Shown: piece after piece, positions 1 to 9,776 of the stretch | Numbering within the stretch: the first letter of the stretch is position 1 | How the letters are laid out: every line of letters begins with the position of its first letter | Source: Bdellovibrionales bacterium | GTDB lineage: Bacteria > Bdellovibrionota > Bdellovibrionia > Bdellovibrionales > UBA1609 | Length of the DNA stretch: 64,000 nucleotides | NCBI GenBank assembly: GCA_027317865.1 | Contig: DAHVQG010000001.1 | Span: 32,001-96,000 of the forward strand | Direction of reading: 5' to 3' | Program-made: the position numbers and the translations under genes | Notes under the pieces: generated by a model | What the model was told of the DNA's origin: nothing | The model's input: the letters and a program-made list of their open reading frames with translations, nothing else | The model's database searches: none

Positions 1-246
1 GAAAGCCCGCACGGCATCACGTGGTGGCGGCATTTTCAAGTTTTGATTAAAAATCCGTTTGTGCTTGATCCGAGCTATTACTATCAGGAACTCAATCTTT
101 ATTATAATGCTGATAGAAATTTAGAAGTGATTGCGATTCGCAATAAGAGCGACCGACCGTTTGCAAAATGGCGGGAGCAGTACATGTATATTCCAAAGGC
201 ATTGGTCGTGCCGCAAAATTGGGATTTGCTTCACGGTCGCGGGTGA
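1..246 (+). CDS. hypothetical protein, C-terminal fragment (runs off window start)
   Basis: Frame of ORF 43..246 is open back to base 1 (ESPHGITWWRHFQV...); ends convergently next to trmFO; no recognisable motif. Confidence 0.5.
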   Translation, partial: ESPHGITWWRHFQVLIKNPFVLDPSYYYQELNLYYNADRNLEVIAIRNKSDRPFAKWREQYMYIPKALVVPQNWDLLHGRG

Positions 247-248
247 AT

Positions 249-1610
249 TTAGCAACTTAAATGATTCATCCACTCTGTGAGTGCCGACTTCGCGCGGCCG
301 AGTTGCAACTCGCGCTTTTGTTCACGCTCTGCTTGCGTGCGCACGGTCAAACCTTCAATTAACGGAAATAAACCAAAGTTTATATTGGTGGGCTGAAACT
401 CGTCTTTAGGTTCGGTAATGGCGTTGAGAAGCGCGCCAATTGCTGATTCGCGCGGAGGTCGGGAAATTTCTCTGCCGCTGAGCTGATCGTGTAAAAATCT
501 CGCCACAAGAAGCCCGATGCAGGTCGAATCGAAATAACCTTCAACGCCGGTAATTTGACCGGCAAAATAAAGCCACGGGTCGTGCGGGCTTGAAAGAAAT
601 GGCGTAAGCTTTCGCGGGGAATGGAGGTAAAGATTGCGGTGAATGCTCCCCAGCTTTAAAAATTCGGCCCTTTCAAGACCGGGAATCATGCGAAATACTC
701 GCGTTTGTTCGCCGTAAGCCATTTTCGTTTGAAATCCGACCATATTGTATGAGGTCGCCTCGCGATTTTCTTGCCTGAGTTGTACTACTGCAAACGGCTT
801 TTTACCGGTCTCGGGGTGGCGAATACCATTGGGCGACATGGGGCCGAATTTGGGAGTAAGGGGCCCGCGTTCAACCATGGCTTCGATCGGCATGCAACCT
901 TCAAAATAAGGAATTTTTTCGAAATCCTTTGGCTCAACTTTGCGAGCCGCCGCAATTGCGTCGATAAACGTGAAATATTGCGCTTTATCAAGAGGACAAT
1001 TGATGTAGTCTTGTGTGCCGCGGTCAAACCGATCGGCCTTGAACGCCACAGTCATGTCGATGGTGTCAGCGTCAATGACCGGAGCGATGGCATCAAAAAA
1101 ATAAAGAAAATCAGTTTTGTCTTCGGTAGACGCTAAGTGCTCGCGAATGCTTAGGGCTAGTGATTCGTGGGTTAACGGACCCGTTGCAATGACCGCTGGC
1201 CGCGGAATTTCATCAAGCGAAGAAACAAGACGTCGCTCCACGCGGATGTGCGGGTGACCTGAAATGGCACGAGAAACGGCTGTCGAAAAAAGTTCGCGAT
1301 CCACCCCCAATGCCATTCCAGCCGGCACGCTCGATTCCTTTGCCGCTCGTAAGATAAGAGAGCCTAACTTATCGGCTTCCCACTTCAGTTGCCCGGGCGC
1401 CGAGTAATCGGTTTGCGATCCGAGCGAATTCGAACACACAAGTTCAGCCAAGCGATCGGTTTTGTGGGCTGGGGTGGTCAGCGCTCCGGTGCTCTCGCCA
1501 CTTGGAGTGCCGCGCATTTCAATTAATATGACGTCATGACCGCGCTCGGCCAACTGCCATGCGCATTCGCTCCCGGCAAGTCCGCCGCCAACAACATAAA
1601 TGGGTTTCAA
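249..1610 (-). CDS. trmFO: FAD/folate-dependent tRNA (uracil-54) methyltransferase TrmFO (Gid)
   Basis: GGGLAGSECAWQLA FAD motif, ELVCSNSLGS, LYFFDAIAP, YFEGCMPIE, VVQLRQEN, FAGQITGVEGY. Confidence 0.96.
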   Translation of the reverse strand: MKPIYVVGGGLAGSECAWQLAERGHDVILIEMRGTPSGESTGALTTPAHKTDRLAELVCSNSLGSQTDYSAPGQLKWEADKLGSLILRAAKESSVPAGMALGVDRELFSTAVSRAISGHPHIRVERRLVSSLDEIPRPAVIATGPLTHESLALSIREHLASTEDKTDFLYFFDAIAPVIDADTIDMTVAFKADRFDRGTQDYINCPLDKAQYFTFIDAIAAARKVEPKDFEKIPYFEGCMPIEAMVERGPLTPKFGPMSPNGIRHPETGKKPFAVVQLRQENREATSYNMVGFQTKMAYGEQTRVFRMIPGLERAEFLKLGSIHRNLYLHSPRKLTPFLSSPHDPWLYFAGQITGVEGYFDSTCIGLLVARFLHDQLSGREISRPPRESAIGALLNAITEPKDEFQPTNINFGLFPLIEGLTVRTQAEREQKRELQLGRAKSALTEWMNHLSC

Positions 1611-1748
1611 GCGTTTGCTCCTCTATTCGATTTGCCGTCCGTAAGTCCAGATCGATCGCACACGGCACCCAAAATTTCGGTTCCGCGAATTGAATAACAA
1701 AAACATCTAACCTTTCGCAAGAAAACTCTATCTAATAGCACAAGAGGT

Positions 1749-2555
1749 ATGGAATTTTCTGTTTATGACCCATTTCTCGATCCGGTTATTGTCATCTCCG
1801 CAGAGGGGGCGATTCAGTACGTGAACCCTGCGGGCCGGCGTTGGCTGATGGCGGAGGCAAACCCGACAGCCGGCGATCCACTCGACAAGTTCGTTTTTTT
1901 TAGCGAAACGACCATGTTTAGCGACGCGGCGGCCTTGCAACCATGGCAGATGACCCGTCCTGAAAAAGGCCATTTTCGTTTTTCATCCAATAACTACGAC
2001 GGTAATGCCATGGTTTGCATTCAAAAGATTCCGTATGCCGACGATTTTGTTTACGCGATCATCGTGCGGGACTTGGCGTTTGCTTCAACAATAGACCCCA
2101 CCGATTTGGGCGCGGATAACGCTGATATTATGGAACAAACGGCAAACAGCCCGATGTCCATTGCGAACGATACGGCTTATATCAATCAATCCAAATTATT
2201 TGATGAAGTGTCGTTAACAAAATCGATCCCCAAAGATTTGGCGGCGCGGTTTGAAACGAAGGTAAATATTTTTGTTGTTGAACTTCGACTCGCCTTGCTC
2301 GGCCTCACGAGTGTATTATCTGAGCACTGGGTTGACGCCGAGGTCAAAGCCGATAATTTGGCTACGGGTCTTCTTTGCAACCTTGAAATTCAGGCCACTG
2401 ACGATCTCAAGGCCATCACCACGAGCAGCAAAATCGTAGATATTAAAAAGACCGAAAACGAAACACTTCGAATCCGTTTCAAATTTGAAAATTTAAGCCT
2501 TCTTACCAAGCGTGCCATTGACAATTTTTTGCAAAAGCACGCAACAACGTTTTAA
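1749..2555 (+). CDS. PAS-domain protein with degenerate C-terminal PilZ-like domain
   Basis: N-terminal DPVIVISAEGAIQYVNPAG is PAS-like; C-terminus ...IRFKFENLSLLTKRAIDNFL resembles PilZ end; GAGG RBS. Confidence 0.55.
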   Translation: MEFSVYDPFLDPVIVISAEGAIQYVNPAGRRWLMAEANPTAGDPLDKFVFFSETTMFSDAAALQPWQMTRPEKGHFRFSSNNYDGNAMVCIQKIPYADDFVYAIIVRDLAFASTIDPTDLGADNADIMEQTANSPMSIANDTAYINQSKLFDEVSLTKSIPKDLAARFETKVNIFVVELRLALLGLTSVLSEHWVDAEVKADNLATGLLCNLEIQATDDLKAITTSSKIVDIKKTENETLRIRFKFENLSLLTKRAIDNFLQKHATTF

Positions 2556-2596
2556 ACGATGTCCTTTTTCTTCGGCTAATGCTAACGTACCGTTTC

Positions 2597-3025
2597 ATGG
2601 GGGAGAATCATAAAATTCGCCGCGAGCGTAAAAACGAACCGCAACATTCATCCGACGTGTTGTTTAGTTTACTTAAGAAGGCAAACACTCCGTTGGGCGA
2701 GCAGTTCATTCGTTGGCGTCTTTGGAACCAATGGCAAGAAGTCGTCGGGGCTGAAATTGCCGCCCATACCAGACCTGTGCAGTTTATTCGCGGGCAACTT
2801 TATGTTTGGGTTAAATCGGCGGCGCGCATGCAAGATTTGACGTTTTTAGCAAAACCGATAATTGAGAAAATCAATCAATTTGCCGGCAAAAAATGGGTAA
2901 AATCAATTCGTTTTACCCTCGACCGCAAGTCGGTGCCGTCACCTGAAGAAAGCGAAGAGCGCTTATTGAAATTCCTTTCCAAGACAACTCCCAATGAAGA
3001 TTCGGACCCGTCACGCGGCCGGTAG
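2597..3025 (+). CDS. DUF721/DciA family protein (helicase-loader-like)
   Basis: WQEVVGAEIAAHTRPVQF..GQLYVWVKSAARMQDL..IIEKIN is the typical DUF721 pattern; start 2597 (or 2579). Confidence 0.75.
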   Translation: MGENHKIRRERKNEPQHSSDVLFSLLKKANTPLGEQFIRWRLWNQWQEVVGAEIAAHTRPVQFIRGQLYVWVKSAARMQDLTFLAKPIIEKINQFAGKKWVKSIRFTLDRKSVPSPEESEERLLKFLSKTTPNEDSDPSRGR

Positions 3026-3800
3026 CGCCTGAAAGACCGATCACCTGACCGCGATTGACTTGCTCGCCGACCGTCACTTTGAATTTAGATAGATGCATAT
3101 ATTCGCTATAAATTCCACCGCCATGATCAACAATAACAATGTTACCCGTGATCGGGTTGTCGCCGATATACATGACTTTACCGCTGGCGGCGACGTGAAC
3201 CGGTGTGCGCATCGGCGCGCGCAGATCGATTCCGGTATGGTAGTACGGTTTGGCGTGAGGAGGTGTGCGCGGTGAAGCGAATCTTGAAGTTACGTACATA
3301 TAGTGAAGCGGCGGGTGCCAACATTGGTGAAAATTAAACTTGCCGTTAACCGGGCTGGTGAGTCTTCTTAGCATCGCAAAGACTTCGCCGACTTGAGTTT
3401 GGCTGAAATTTTTGAGTCGATCCCATACGGCCGCAGGCAGTCGCAGCTTGATGGCTCGAGTTAAATTTATCAGAGAAACCTTAATCACTTTTTGAAAAAA
3501 TATTTCGCGTGGATAAGTAAAAAGGCCGCCGGGGGAATATTTCAATCTGCCGATAACCGTAACGGTCGGGAACGCGCCGATCCCGAGAAACGCCGTTCTG
3601 TCATTAAGCCACGAGGCGCGACGATTTGAAACCGAAAGAAACTGCCCGGCCGACTTCGCGCTTGGCCAAGTTACTTTTAAAAAATCGCCGGGTATAACTT
3701 CTGACGGTAGCTTCACAGGTGTCGCGACAAATAGATCGGCGCAAATTTGCGAAGAGGGCATCAAAACAGCAATAACGGCCACCACTACGGCGGCAATCAA
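2913..3800 (-). CDS. M23 (LytM) family metallopeptidase-like protein, exported
   Basis: HTGID (HxxxD), GNIVIVDHGGG.YSEYMHLS, GATGRVTGPNLHWE; hydrophobic N-terminus; TTG start overlaps mlaD stop. Confidence 0.85.
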   Translation of the reverse strand: MIAAVVVAVIAVLMPSSQICADLFVATPVKLPSEVIPGDFLKVTWPSAKSAGQFLSVSNRRASWLNDRTAFLGIGAFPTVTVIGRLKYSPGGLFTYPREIFFQKVIKVSLINLTRAIKLRLPAAVWDRLKNFSQTQVGEVFAMLRRLTSPVNGKFNFHQCWHPPLHYMYVTSRFASPRTPPHAKPYYHTGIDLRAPMRTPVHVAASGKVMYIGDNPITGNIVIVDHGGGIYSEYMHLSKFKVTVGEQVNRGQVIGLSGATGRVTGPNLHWELSWKGISISALRFLQVTAPTCGRG

Positions 3801-4594
3801 TGTTGGTTTTCTTCGTTTTGTCTGATTGCTGCGCGCAAGAGCGGTTTTAAAAATCGATTGCGTGGTTCATCTCCCAGTAAACTTAAAATTCGATCGTTAA
3901 TTGTCGGGTCATTTATCAGACGGCCAAGAGTTCCGTTACCGTCGTCGATCTTCTTTAAAATATTATTTAAGTGATAAAGAGACTCGCGAATATCAGGATC
4001 ATCGGCGACCTTCGAAATGTTGGCACTTGCAGTTGAAAGGTTGGAGCTTGCTTTAGAAATATGAGACACCATTGATGAAAGCCTATTGTCGGAATTGAGC
4101 GAACTCAACAACTGATTGAGTTCATGCACCGTTTCGAAAATTTTTGAAAAGTTCGGGCCCTTTCCGCTGGTCAACATGTCGAGAAAGTCACTTTCATTTA
4201 CAGATGGGATGACAGCGTCAGATGCGAGAACCGGGTCTGTGGTGGCCCCCGGCTTGATGTAAACATATTTGTCACCCAGTGCACCTTGCGTGCGAATCGA
4301 AGCCATCGACGAACTTGTAAGGTGGCGCGCCACCCGACTTAAAATTTCGACTGTTACATCCATCTTGAGATTTTTACTCAAGCGGATTTTTTTGACATTA
4401 CCGACGTTCATCCCTGAAACAGAAACAACGCTGCCAGGGGCCAGCCCTTCGGTTGACTGAAAGTAAATGTGAAACGTCGTATACGAGTGAAAGAAATCCT
4501 CGTTACCGCCGAATAAAATAATTGAGATAAGAAGTAGCGCAATGCCGATGACTGTAAATGCGCCAACTTTTATTTTTGACACCGGTTCAGTCAC
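3797..4594 (-). CDS. mlaD: MCE/MlaD family substrate-binding protein
   Basis: N-terminal TM (KVGAF), GLAPGSVVSVSGMNVGNV, IRTQGALGDKYVYIKPG, helical tail GTLGRLIND. Confidence 0.88.
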   Translation of the reverse strand: MTEPVSKIKVGAFTVIGIALLLISIILFGGNEDFFHSYTTFHIYFQSTEGLAPGSVVSVSGMNVGNVKKIRLSKNLKMDVTVEILSRVARHLTSSSMASIRTQGALGDKYVYIKPGATTDPVLASDAVIPSVNESDFLDMLTSGKGPNFSKIFETVHELNQLLSSLNSDNRLSSMVSHISKASSNLSTASANISKVADDPDIRESLYHLNNILKKIDDGNGTLGRLINDPTINDRILSLLGDEPRNRFLKPLLRAAIRQNEENQH

Positions 4595-5333
4595 TTTGCC
4601 CCCTGATAAATAATTGCAAGATTTGAACGGGATCTTGTTTGAGGTCCGAAACCATCCCCAAGTTTTCTACACTGCCATTTTCGAGAAATGCCAAACGGTC
4701 GCAGACTCGTAGTGCCGTGTCCATGTCGTGCGTCACCAAAATGGATGTCACACCCGTTCCTTTCAGTTGAACAATAAGATTTTGAATCTTTACAGTATTG
4801 GCTGGATCAAGCCCCGCAGTCGGTTCGTCGTATAATATAATATCCGGTTTTAAAATAATGGCCCGTGCTAAACCGACGCGCTTTTGCATGCCGCCTGAAA
4901 GTTCGGCTGGCAGCATATTTTCTGTCCCGTGCATATTAAACATTTGAAGCGTTGATAGAACTTGTTCGCGGATTTCGTGTTCTTTGAGCTTCGTGTGTTC
5001 GCGTAGCGGATAGGCGATGTTGTCAAAAATAGTCATGGAATCAAACAATGCGCCGTTTTGAAATACATAGGCGACGCGCTTTCGGATATCGACAAGTTTG
5101 GCTTCGTCGAGATTGGTCACATCAATGCCTTCGATCTGAATTTGACCGTTGTCGGGGCGCTCAAGGCCGATCATGCTTCGCAAGATAACGCTTTTGCCCG
5201 CACCCGAACCGCCCAATAAGCCGAGGCACTCGCCTTGCTTCACCGTAAAATTGACATCGCGATGCACGACTTTGTTGCCAAACGATTTTTTAAAATGCGA
5301 AACCTCAATTATCTCCATGTTTGAATTACCCAA
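4587..5333 (-). CDS. mlaF: MlaF-type ABC transporter ATPase
   Basis: Walker A GGSGAGKS, FQNGALFDSM, LSGGMQKRVGLARA, YDEPTAGLDP, VTHD. Confidence 0.9.
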   Translation of the reverse strand: MGNSNMEIIEVSHFKKSFGNKVVHRDVNFTVKQGECLGLLGGSGAGKSVILRSMIGLERPDNGQIQIEGIDVTNLDEAKLVDIRKRVAYVFQNGALFDSMTIFDNIAYPLREHTKLKEHEIREQVLSTLQMFNMHGTENMLPAELSGGMQKRVGLARAIILKPDIILYDEPTAGLDPANTVKIQNLIVQLKGTGVTSILVTHDMDTALRVCDRLAFLENGSVENLGMVSDLKQDPVQILQLFIRGQSD

Positions 5334-6088
5334 AATACTTTAGTTAAGAAATAATCGCCGACAAGAATCAGAATCGAGGATGTCACCACCGCCCGTGTCG
5401 TGGCGAGTCCAACCGCGCGTGTGCCGCGTTCGACATTGAGACCGTAATAGCAGGCCGGGATCGCAACAAAAAGCGCAAAGAAAAATGTTTTTAAAAAACC
5501 TGAAAGGTAATCCGTCAGTGTGACCGTCGATAAAACTTTTTGCCAATAAAAGCTGCCGGCTAGATGGAGGTCGAAAGTGCCGACGACAAGTCCGCCGAAA
5601 ATGCCGATCGCGTTTGCAAATACGCAAAGTAACGGCAAGCAGATCAGGCAGGCCAACACGCGAGGGATTACAATTTTTTTAATCGGCGATGTTCCAAGTG
5701 CGCGCATGGCATCGACCTGTTGCGTGACGACCATCGAAGCAATTTCAGAGGTCATCCCCGCGCCGACCCGGGCTGCAAACATCAGACTTGCGAAAATAGG
5801 CCCGAGTTCGCGAATGATTGAAAGTGATACGAGTTTTGGAATGTAAAGATTGGCGCCGAATTTTTGTAAACCAATACCAAATTGCAACGCCATGACCATC
5901 CCCACACTCATGGCGACGATTAGAATCAAAGGCAAAGATTTCGCGCCGACGTTTTCAATTTGAACGGCGAGAAGGTCAAAATACAAAGGCTTGCGAAACA
6001 GCTCCTTGAGCATTTGACCGACAAGAAGCGCGTTGCCTCCGACAAAATCGAAAAATTTTTCGGTTCGGGCTTGAAGGTTAGTGGTCAT
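5309..6088 (-). CDS. mlaE: MlaE-type ABC transporter permease
   Basis: IIRELGP, ARVGAGMTSEIASMVVTQQVDAMRALG, VGLATTRAVV. Confidence 0.92.
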   Translation of the reverse strand: MTTNLQARTEKFFDFVGGNALLVGQMLKELFRKPLYFDLLAVQIENVGAKSLPLILIVAMSVGMVMALQFGIGLQKFGANLYIPKLVSLSIIRELGPIFASLMFAARVGAGMTSEIASMVVTQQVDAMRALGTSPIKKIVIPRVLACLICLPLLCVFANAIGIFGGLVVGTFDLHLAGSFYWQKVLSTVTLTDYLSGFLKTFFFALFVAIPACYYGLNVERGTRAVGLATTRAVVTSSILILVGDYFLTKVFWVIQTWR

Positions 6089-6597
6089 GGCACGCGAAAC
6101 CCTTTTACAAATCGTTCAAAGTCGAGTTGGTTTGCTCCAAAAGCTTTAGTCACGCCGGCGTAAGTGAGGATGTATGTGCAATCGTGTTTCTTAAAAATAA
6201 CAAGTTCAAATTCGGTTTTTACGCCTTCTACCGTGCCGTCGATAATGGAGTGAATGGCCGCCACACCATTGTAGGTGATCGGGTCGACCTCGATTGGTTG
6301 TGCATCAGATATTTCGTCAATCACTCCTTCTTGAATTTGTTCAAGTGTCGCGTCGGGTGTGTCATGGCATTCGCTCAAGACAGAAATGGAGTTGCCGTTC
6401 TTTTTTTCCTGCCAAGAATAATCCAGATCAGGCGATTGCGTCTTTTCAAATGTTGATGGCGGCGGTGTAAATTTCATATCCTTACTTCTTTGAGGTTTCG
6501 GAATTTTTAAACGAATCGAAACGCAGGCCGTAAATGTACACGCGGTCATAGCGACAATGCTGAGAGCCAAGGCTCTTATCCAAATCGATGTTTTCAT
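6085..6597 (-). CDS. putative lipoprotein (possibly PsbP/DcrB-like fold), first gene of the mla operon
   Basis: Signal peptide with lipobox-like MTAC/FTAC; ATGA overlap with mlaE; C-terminal YILTYAG...FERFVKGFR pattern. Confidence 0.6.
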   Translation of the reverse strand: MKTSIWIRALALSIVAMTACTFTACVSIRLKIPKPQRSKDMKFTPPPSTFEKTQSPDLDYSWQEKKNGNSISVLSECHDTPDATLEQIQEGVIDEISDAQPIEVDPITYNGVAAIHSIIDGTVEGVKTEFELVIFKKHDCTYILTYAGVTKAFGANQLDFERFVKGFRVP

Positions 6598-6876
6598 GGT
6601 TGTTTAAACCTTTTGCGTTTCTCTAATTTGTATCGGAATGAATCACCCTGGGCATGAGGATTGCCAAAGGGCGCAACGTACGACTCTAGCCCGCATAAAG
6701 GCGTGCTCGTCTGCTGTCCAGTCACCAGTTTGGCGGTCACCCGACAAGTTGGTGGCACAGAATATCATGATCAAGAGACGGTCAGGCTCGACTTAAAGCA
6801 AGAATTCCGTCACTAGCCGCCCTTGCAAGTGTTTTTTTTGGCGCTCTCAAGACGAACGTCCCCGAAGAAAACCGCG

Positions 6877-6893
6877 TTGGCACCAATTGTGCT
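6877..6893 (+). promoter_or_regulatory. sigma54 (-24/-12) promoter of the TPR-activator-flgB operon
   Basis: TTGGCACCAATTGTGCT: GG-N10-GC spacing directly before the operon. Confidence 0.7.
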
Positions 6894-6907
6894 TATTTAT
6901 TAAAATT

Positions 6908-9763
6908 GTGAAAGTCGCAAACATCGACGCAAAACAATTGCGATCATTTAAAGGCGTTCGCGGGCTCACCCTTGCTGCAACTGCATGGGTCTTGCTGACC
7001 CTTGGTCCAGCCCGGGCGCTTGCGCAAATTATTTCGGGCCACATTTCAACAATTGGCAACACCGTACATCTCGAATTTCACGGCCGGCAAGAGTGGATCT
7101 ACAACTCGCCAAAACGCCACGGTAACGTTGTGACGGTAACTTTGCCGGCATTCAGCAAGGCAACTGTTGCGCAGCTTGATTCTTGGCATAGCCAGCTTGT
7201 CCCCAAAATATCGGTAAATACAAATGGTCCTGACGGCAAATACGTTATTTCATTTTATGTTTCGAAACCGAATGTTGAGGTTTTTGATTATTTAACAGAC
7301 GACCCATCTTCTTTGATATTTGACTTCTTTAAAACCACTCCAAAGAAAAAAGTTGTGTCGTCGAGCTTACATTCGAGGGCGCGCTTTAAAGGCAAGCGGC
7401 TGGCTCGATGGCGTGGCAAGCACAGAATCAACCGGGCCCCGGCAAGCACGGAATTTATTCACGTAAATCCGTATTTAAAAATACCCAACAGACAAGTGTT
7501 TGTTGCCGGGGGTGGTTCTGAAAATCAAGCGGCCGCAGCGGCGGCGAATATCCGTTTTGAGCAAGGTGCGTTCGACGGCGCCGATCCGAAATACAATCGA
7601 TTTCGAATCAAAAATTACCAAATTAAGCAAAATTCAATCATCGCGGCAAAACAAAATATATATATACACTTCCCGATGCTAGCCCTTCGGTTGAATCGAT
7701 TCAACGAACTCATGAAGACTCCGCCGATATACGAGATAAAGCCCGACGACAATCTCAGCATCGCAGAGCAAAATAAGGACGCGAGATTTTTATTGTTTTT
7801 ATTTAAAGAAAAGCATTGGGGAGCGTTTTTTAAGACATACGCGTACTTTGAGAAAAAATATCCCAATTCCAAATACGATCAAATCGTAAAGAACATGGCC
7901 GCCGAAGCGGATGTCCGCCTCTATCAAAGTAGCGGCAACCCCGTTTACCGGCGCGCGTTTCAGTCGCTTTATACTTATCTAGTCGCCAAGTATCCCAAAT
8001 CCGTCCTGGCGCAACGTAATTTATTGCTTTTGGCCTATTCCCATTTGGATGAAAACGACGCCATAGGAGCATTGCGGCTTTTGATGCTTGAGCAAAAAAA
8101 ATATCCCAACTCCCGCGAATCCGACTATGTGAAAATGGGAATTGCCGAGTGCGACTTGCTAATGGCAGAGCCTAAAAAGGCGCTGGCCATGTATAACGAG
8201 GTCGTCAATCATCCCAAAATAAAAACGTCAGCGGTGCAAGCGCTATATCGAATTGGCGATGTCTATTTTCACGAGAGACAGTATGCAAAAGCAATACTGG
8301 CCTATAAAAAAGCGCAAAAAATGTACCCCGCATTCAATATTGTTTATCCGAATGCTCAATATAATGAAAGCGAAGCGGAATTTTGGCTGCATCACTATAA
8401 GAGAAGTTTAAACGGGTTCATTACTTTTATCCGGATTTATCCCAATCAAGCTTATGGCGGTTATGCGCTCACGCGAATCGGCGAGCTTCTAGAAATTTTA
8501 GGTGCAAGCAAAAAGCGGGTAACCGGCGCTTATCTCGAAGCTTATTTTCGATATCCAAACTGCCCGGGCAGTGAAGTGGCGCGAGTGCGAATGCTAAGCG
8601 AAGACCTTAAAAATATGGCACCTCGTGAGCGCAAGTTGGCCTTTAAAGAAATTCGCGAAATTGCAAAAAGATCGAAGCTGCCACATATAGAAGAGTTTCG
8701 AGCCTTGGTTGAAGCGGCCGGCTTAACAAGCGCGGGTCTCTATCGCAATTCTCTTCATCTGCTTCTTAATTATTATCAATCTCATCCCGACACGGCTCGT
8801 TTAAATGTTTTTCGGGGCCGCATATTGCGCGACATTTCTGATGTACTCCAGCAAGACATCCAGCAGCACAAATTTATGAATGCGCTTAAGTTTTACGGTA
8901 AATACGCAGGCACTTGGCTAAAACACAGCGGGCGCATCGACACGGCGTTTTTTCAAGCTGAGGCATTTGAGCAAGCCGGGGTGCCCGCTGAGGCCGAACT
9001 TAAATATAAACAAATATTAGCTAAACGCCTCGCTCTTGTGGGGACTAAAGAAGAAAAAGAACGCGAAGTGTACGAACACTTGCCAAGTGTTGCAGAAATC
9101 GATCTTCGGCTTGCCGCCGTAACGGCAGATCAACGCCATTATCATCAAGCGATTCATTATTTAAAGCAAATTCATTCGCGACTTTCCCCCGCCGAAGAAA
9201 TCGAGCGGGTGCAAATCGGCGCTACAGTAGCCGAGAAAACCGGCGACACAAAAGAAGCGATTGAAAATTTAGAAAAATTAGAAAGCGTTTATGCCAACGA
9301 CAAAAATCAGTCTCGCCGTATGGTCGGGCCGAGTTTGCAACTGGCGCGCCTTTACATAGAAGAAAGAAATTTTGCCGGAGCCGACGCGAGTCTAAAGCGT
9401 ATCGAAGCGTTGAGAACTGCGGATAGAAAAGCCGTTACCAATGACGAATGGGCGCAAGATCTTACTTTGCGCGGGAATTTGCTGCTCGCGGAGGGCCGAA
9501 AACTCGGCGCCGTTGAGGCCTATCAGAAGCTTCTTGCGCGATACGGTTCGTCGCGTCCGTTGGCATCGATCCGGTATAAAGCGGGAAGAATTTTATACGA
9601 AGAAGGCGATCTTCAAGGCGCAAAAAAAATGTGGACAGGTTTTAAAGGTGAAACCGGAGGGTTTTATAAACGGTTAGCTGAAGAAAAAATTCAAGAAGCA
9701 AAATGGAACAATAAATATGGCAGATATATCGACAGTATTCCAAATACGGAGGCGGTAAAGTGA
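6908..9763 (+). CDS. large exported tetratricopeptide-repeat protein
   Basis: Signal-like segment ending ALA-Q, many TPR-like repeats ([20 protein letters not shown]). Start uncertain: the ORF-track start 6887 lies inside the sigma54 motif, so GTG 6908 or later. Confidence 0.75.
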   Translation: MKVANIDAKQLRSFKGVRGLTLAATAWVLLTLGPARALAQIISGHISTIGNTVHLEFHGRQEWIYNSPKRHGNVVTVTLPAFSKATVAQLDSWHSQLVPKISVNTNGPDGKYVISFYVSKPNVEVFDYLTDDPSSLIFDFFKTTPKKKVVSSSLHSRARFKGKRLARWRGKHRINRAPASTEFIHVNPYLKIPNRQVFVAGGGSENQAAAAAANIRFEQGAFDGADPKYNRFRIKNYQIKQNSIIAAKQNIYIHFPMLALRLNRFNELMKTPPIYEIKPDDNLSIAEQNKDARFLLFLFKEKHWGAFFKTYAYFEKKYPNSKYDQIVKNMAAEADVRLYQSSGNPVYRRAFQSLYTYLVAKYPKSVLAQRNLLLLAYSHLDENDAIGALRLLMLEQKKYPNSRESDYVKMGIAECDLLMAEPKKALAMYNEVVNHPKIKTSAVQALYRIGDVYFHERQYAKAILAYKKAQKMYPAFNIVYPNAQYNESEAEFWLHHYKRSLNGFITFIRIYPNQAYGGYALTRIGELLEILGASKKRVTGAYLEAYFRYPNCPGSEVARVRMLSEDLKNMAPRERKLAFKEIREIAKRSKLPHIEEFRALVEAAGLTSAGLYRNSLHLLLNYYQSHPDTARLNVFRGRILRDISDVLQQDIQQHKFMNALKFYGKYAGTWLKHSGRIDTAFFQAEAFEQAGVPAEAELKYKQILAKRLALVGTKEEKEREVYEHLPSVAEIDLRLAAVTADQRHYHQAIHYLKQIHSRLSPAEEIERVQIGATVAEKTGDTKEAIENLEKLESVYANDKNQSRRMVGPSLQLARLYIEERNFAGADASLKRIEALRTADRKAVTNDEWAQDLTLRGNLLLAEGRKLGAVEAYQKLLARYGSSRPLASIRYKAGRILYEEGDLQGAKKMWTGFKGETGGFYKRLAEEKIQEAKWNNKYGRYIDSIPNTEAVK

Positions 9764-9776
9764 GAGGGCTTTTAAA

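Noticed and set aside
6630-6657. sigma28-like promoter (TCATG-N15-TCCGATAC) upstream of the mla operon
   Set aside because: Weak -35 match; could arise by chance
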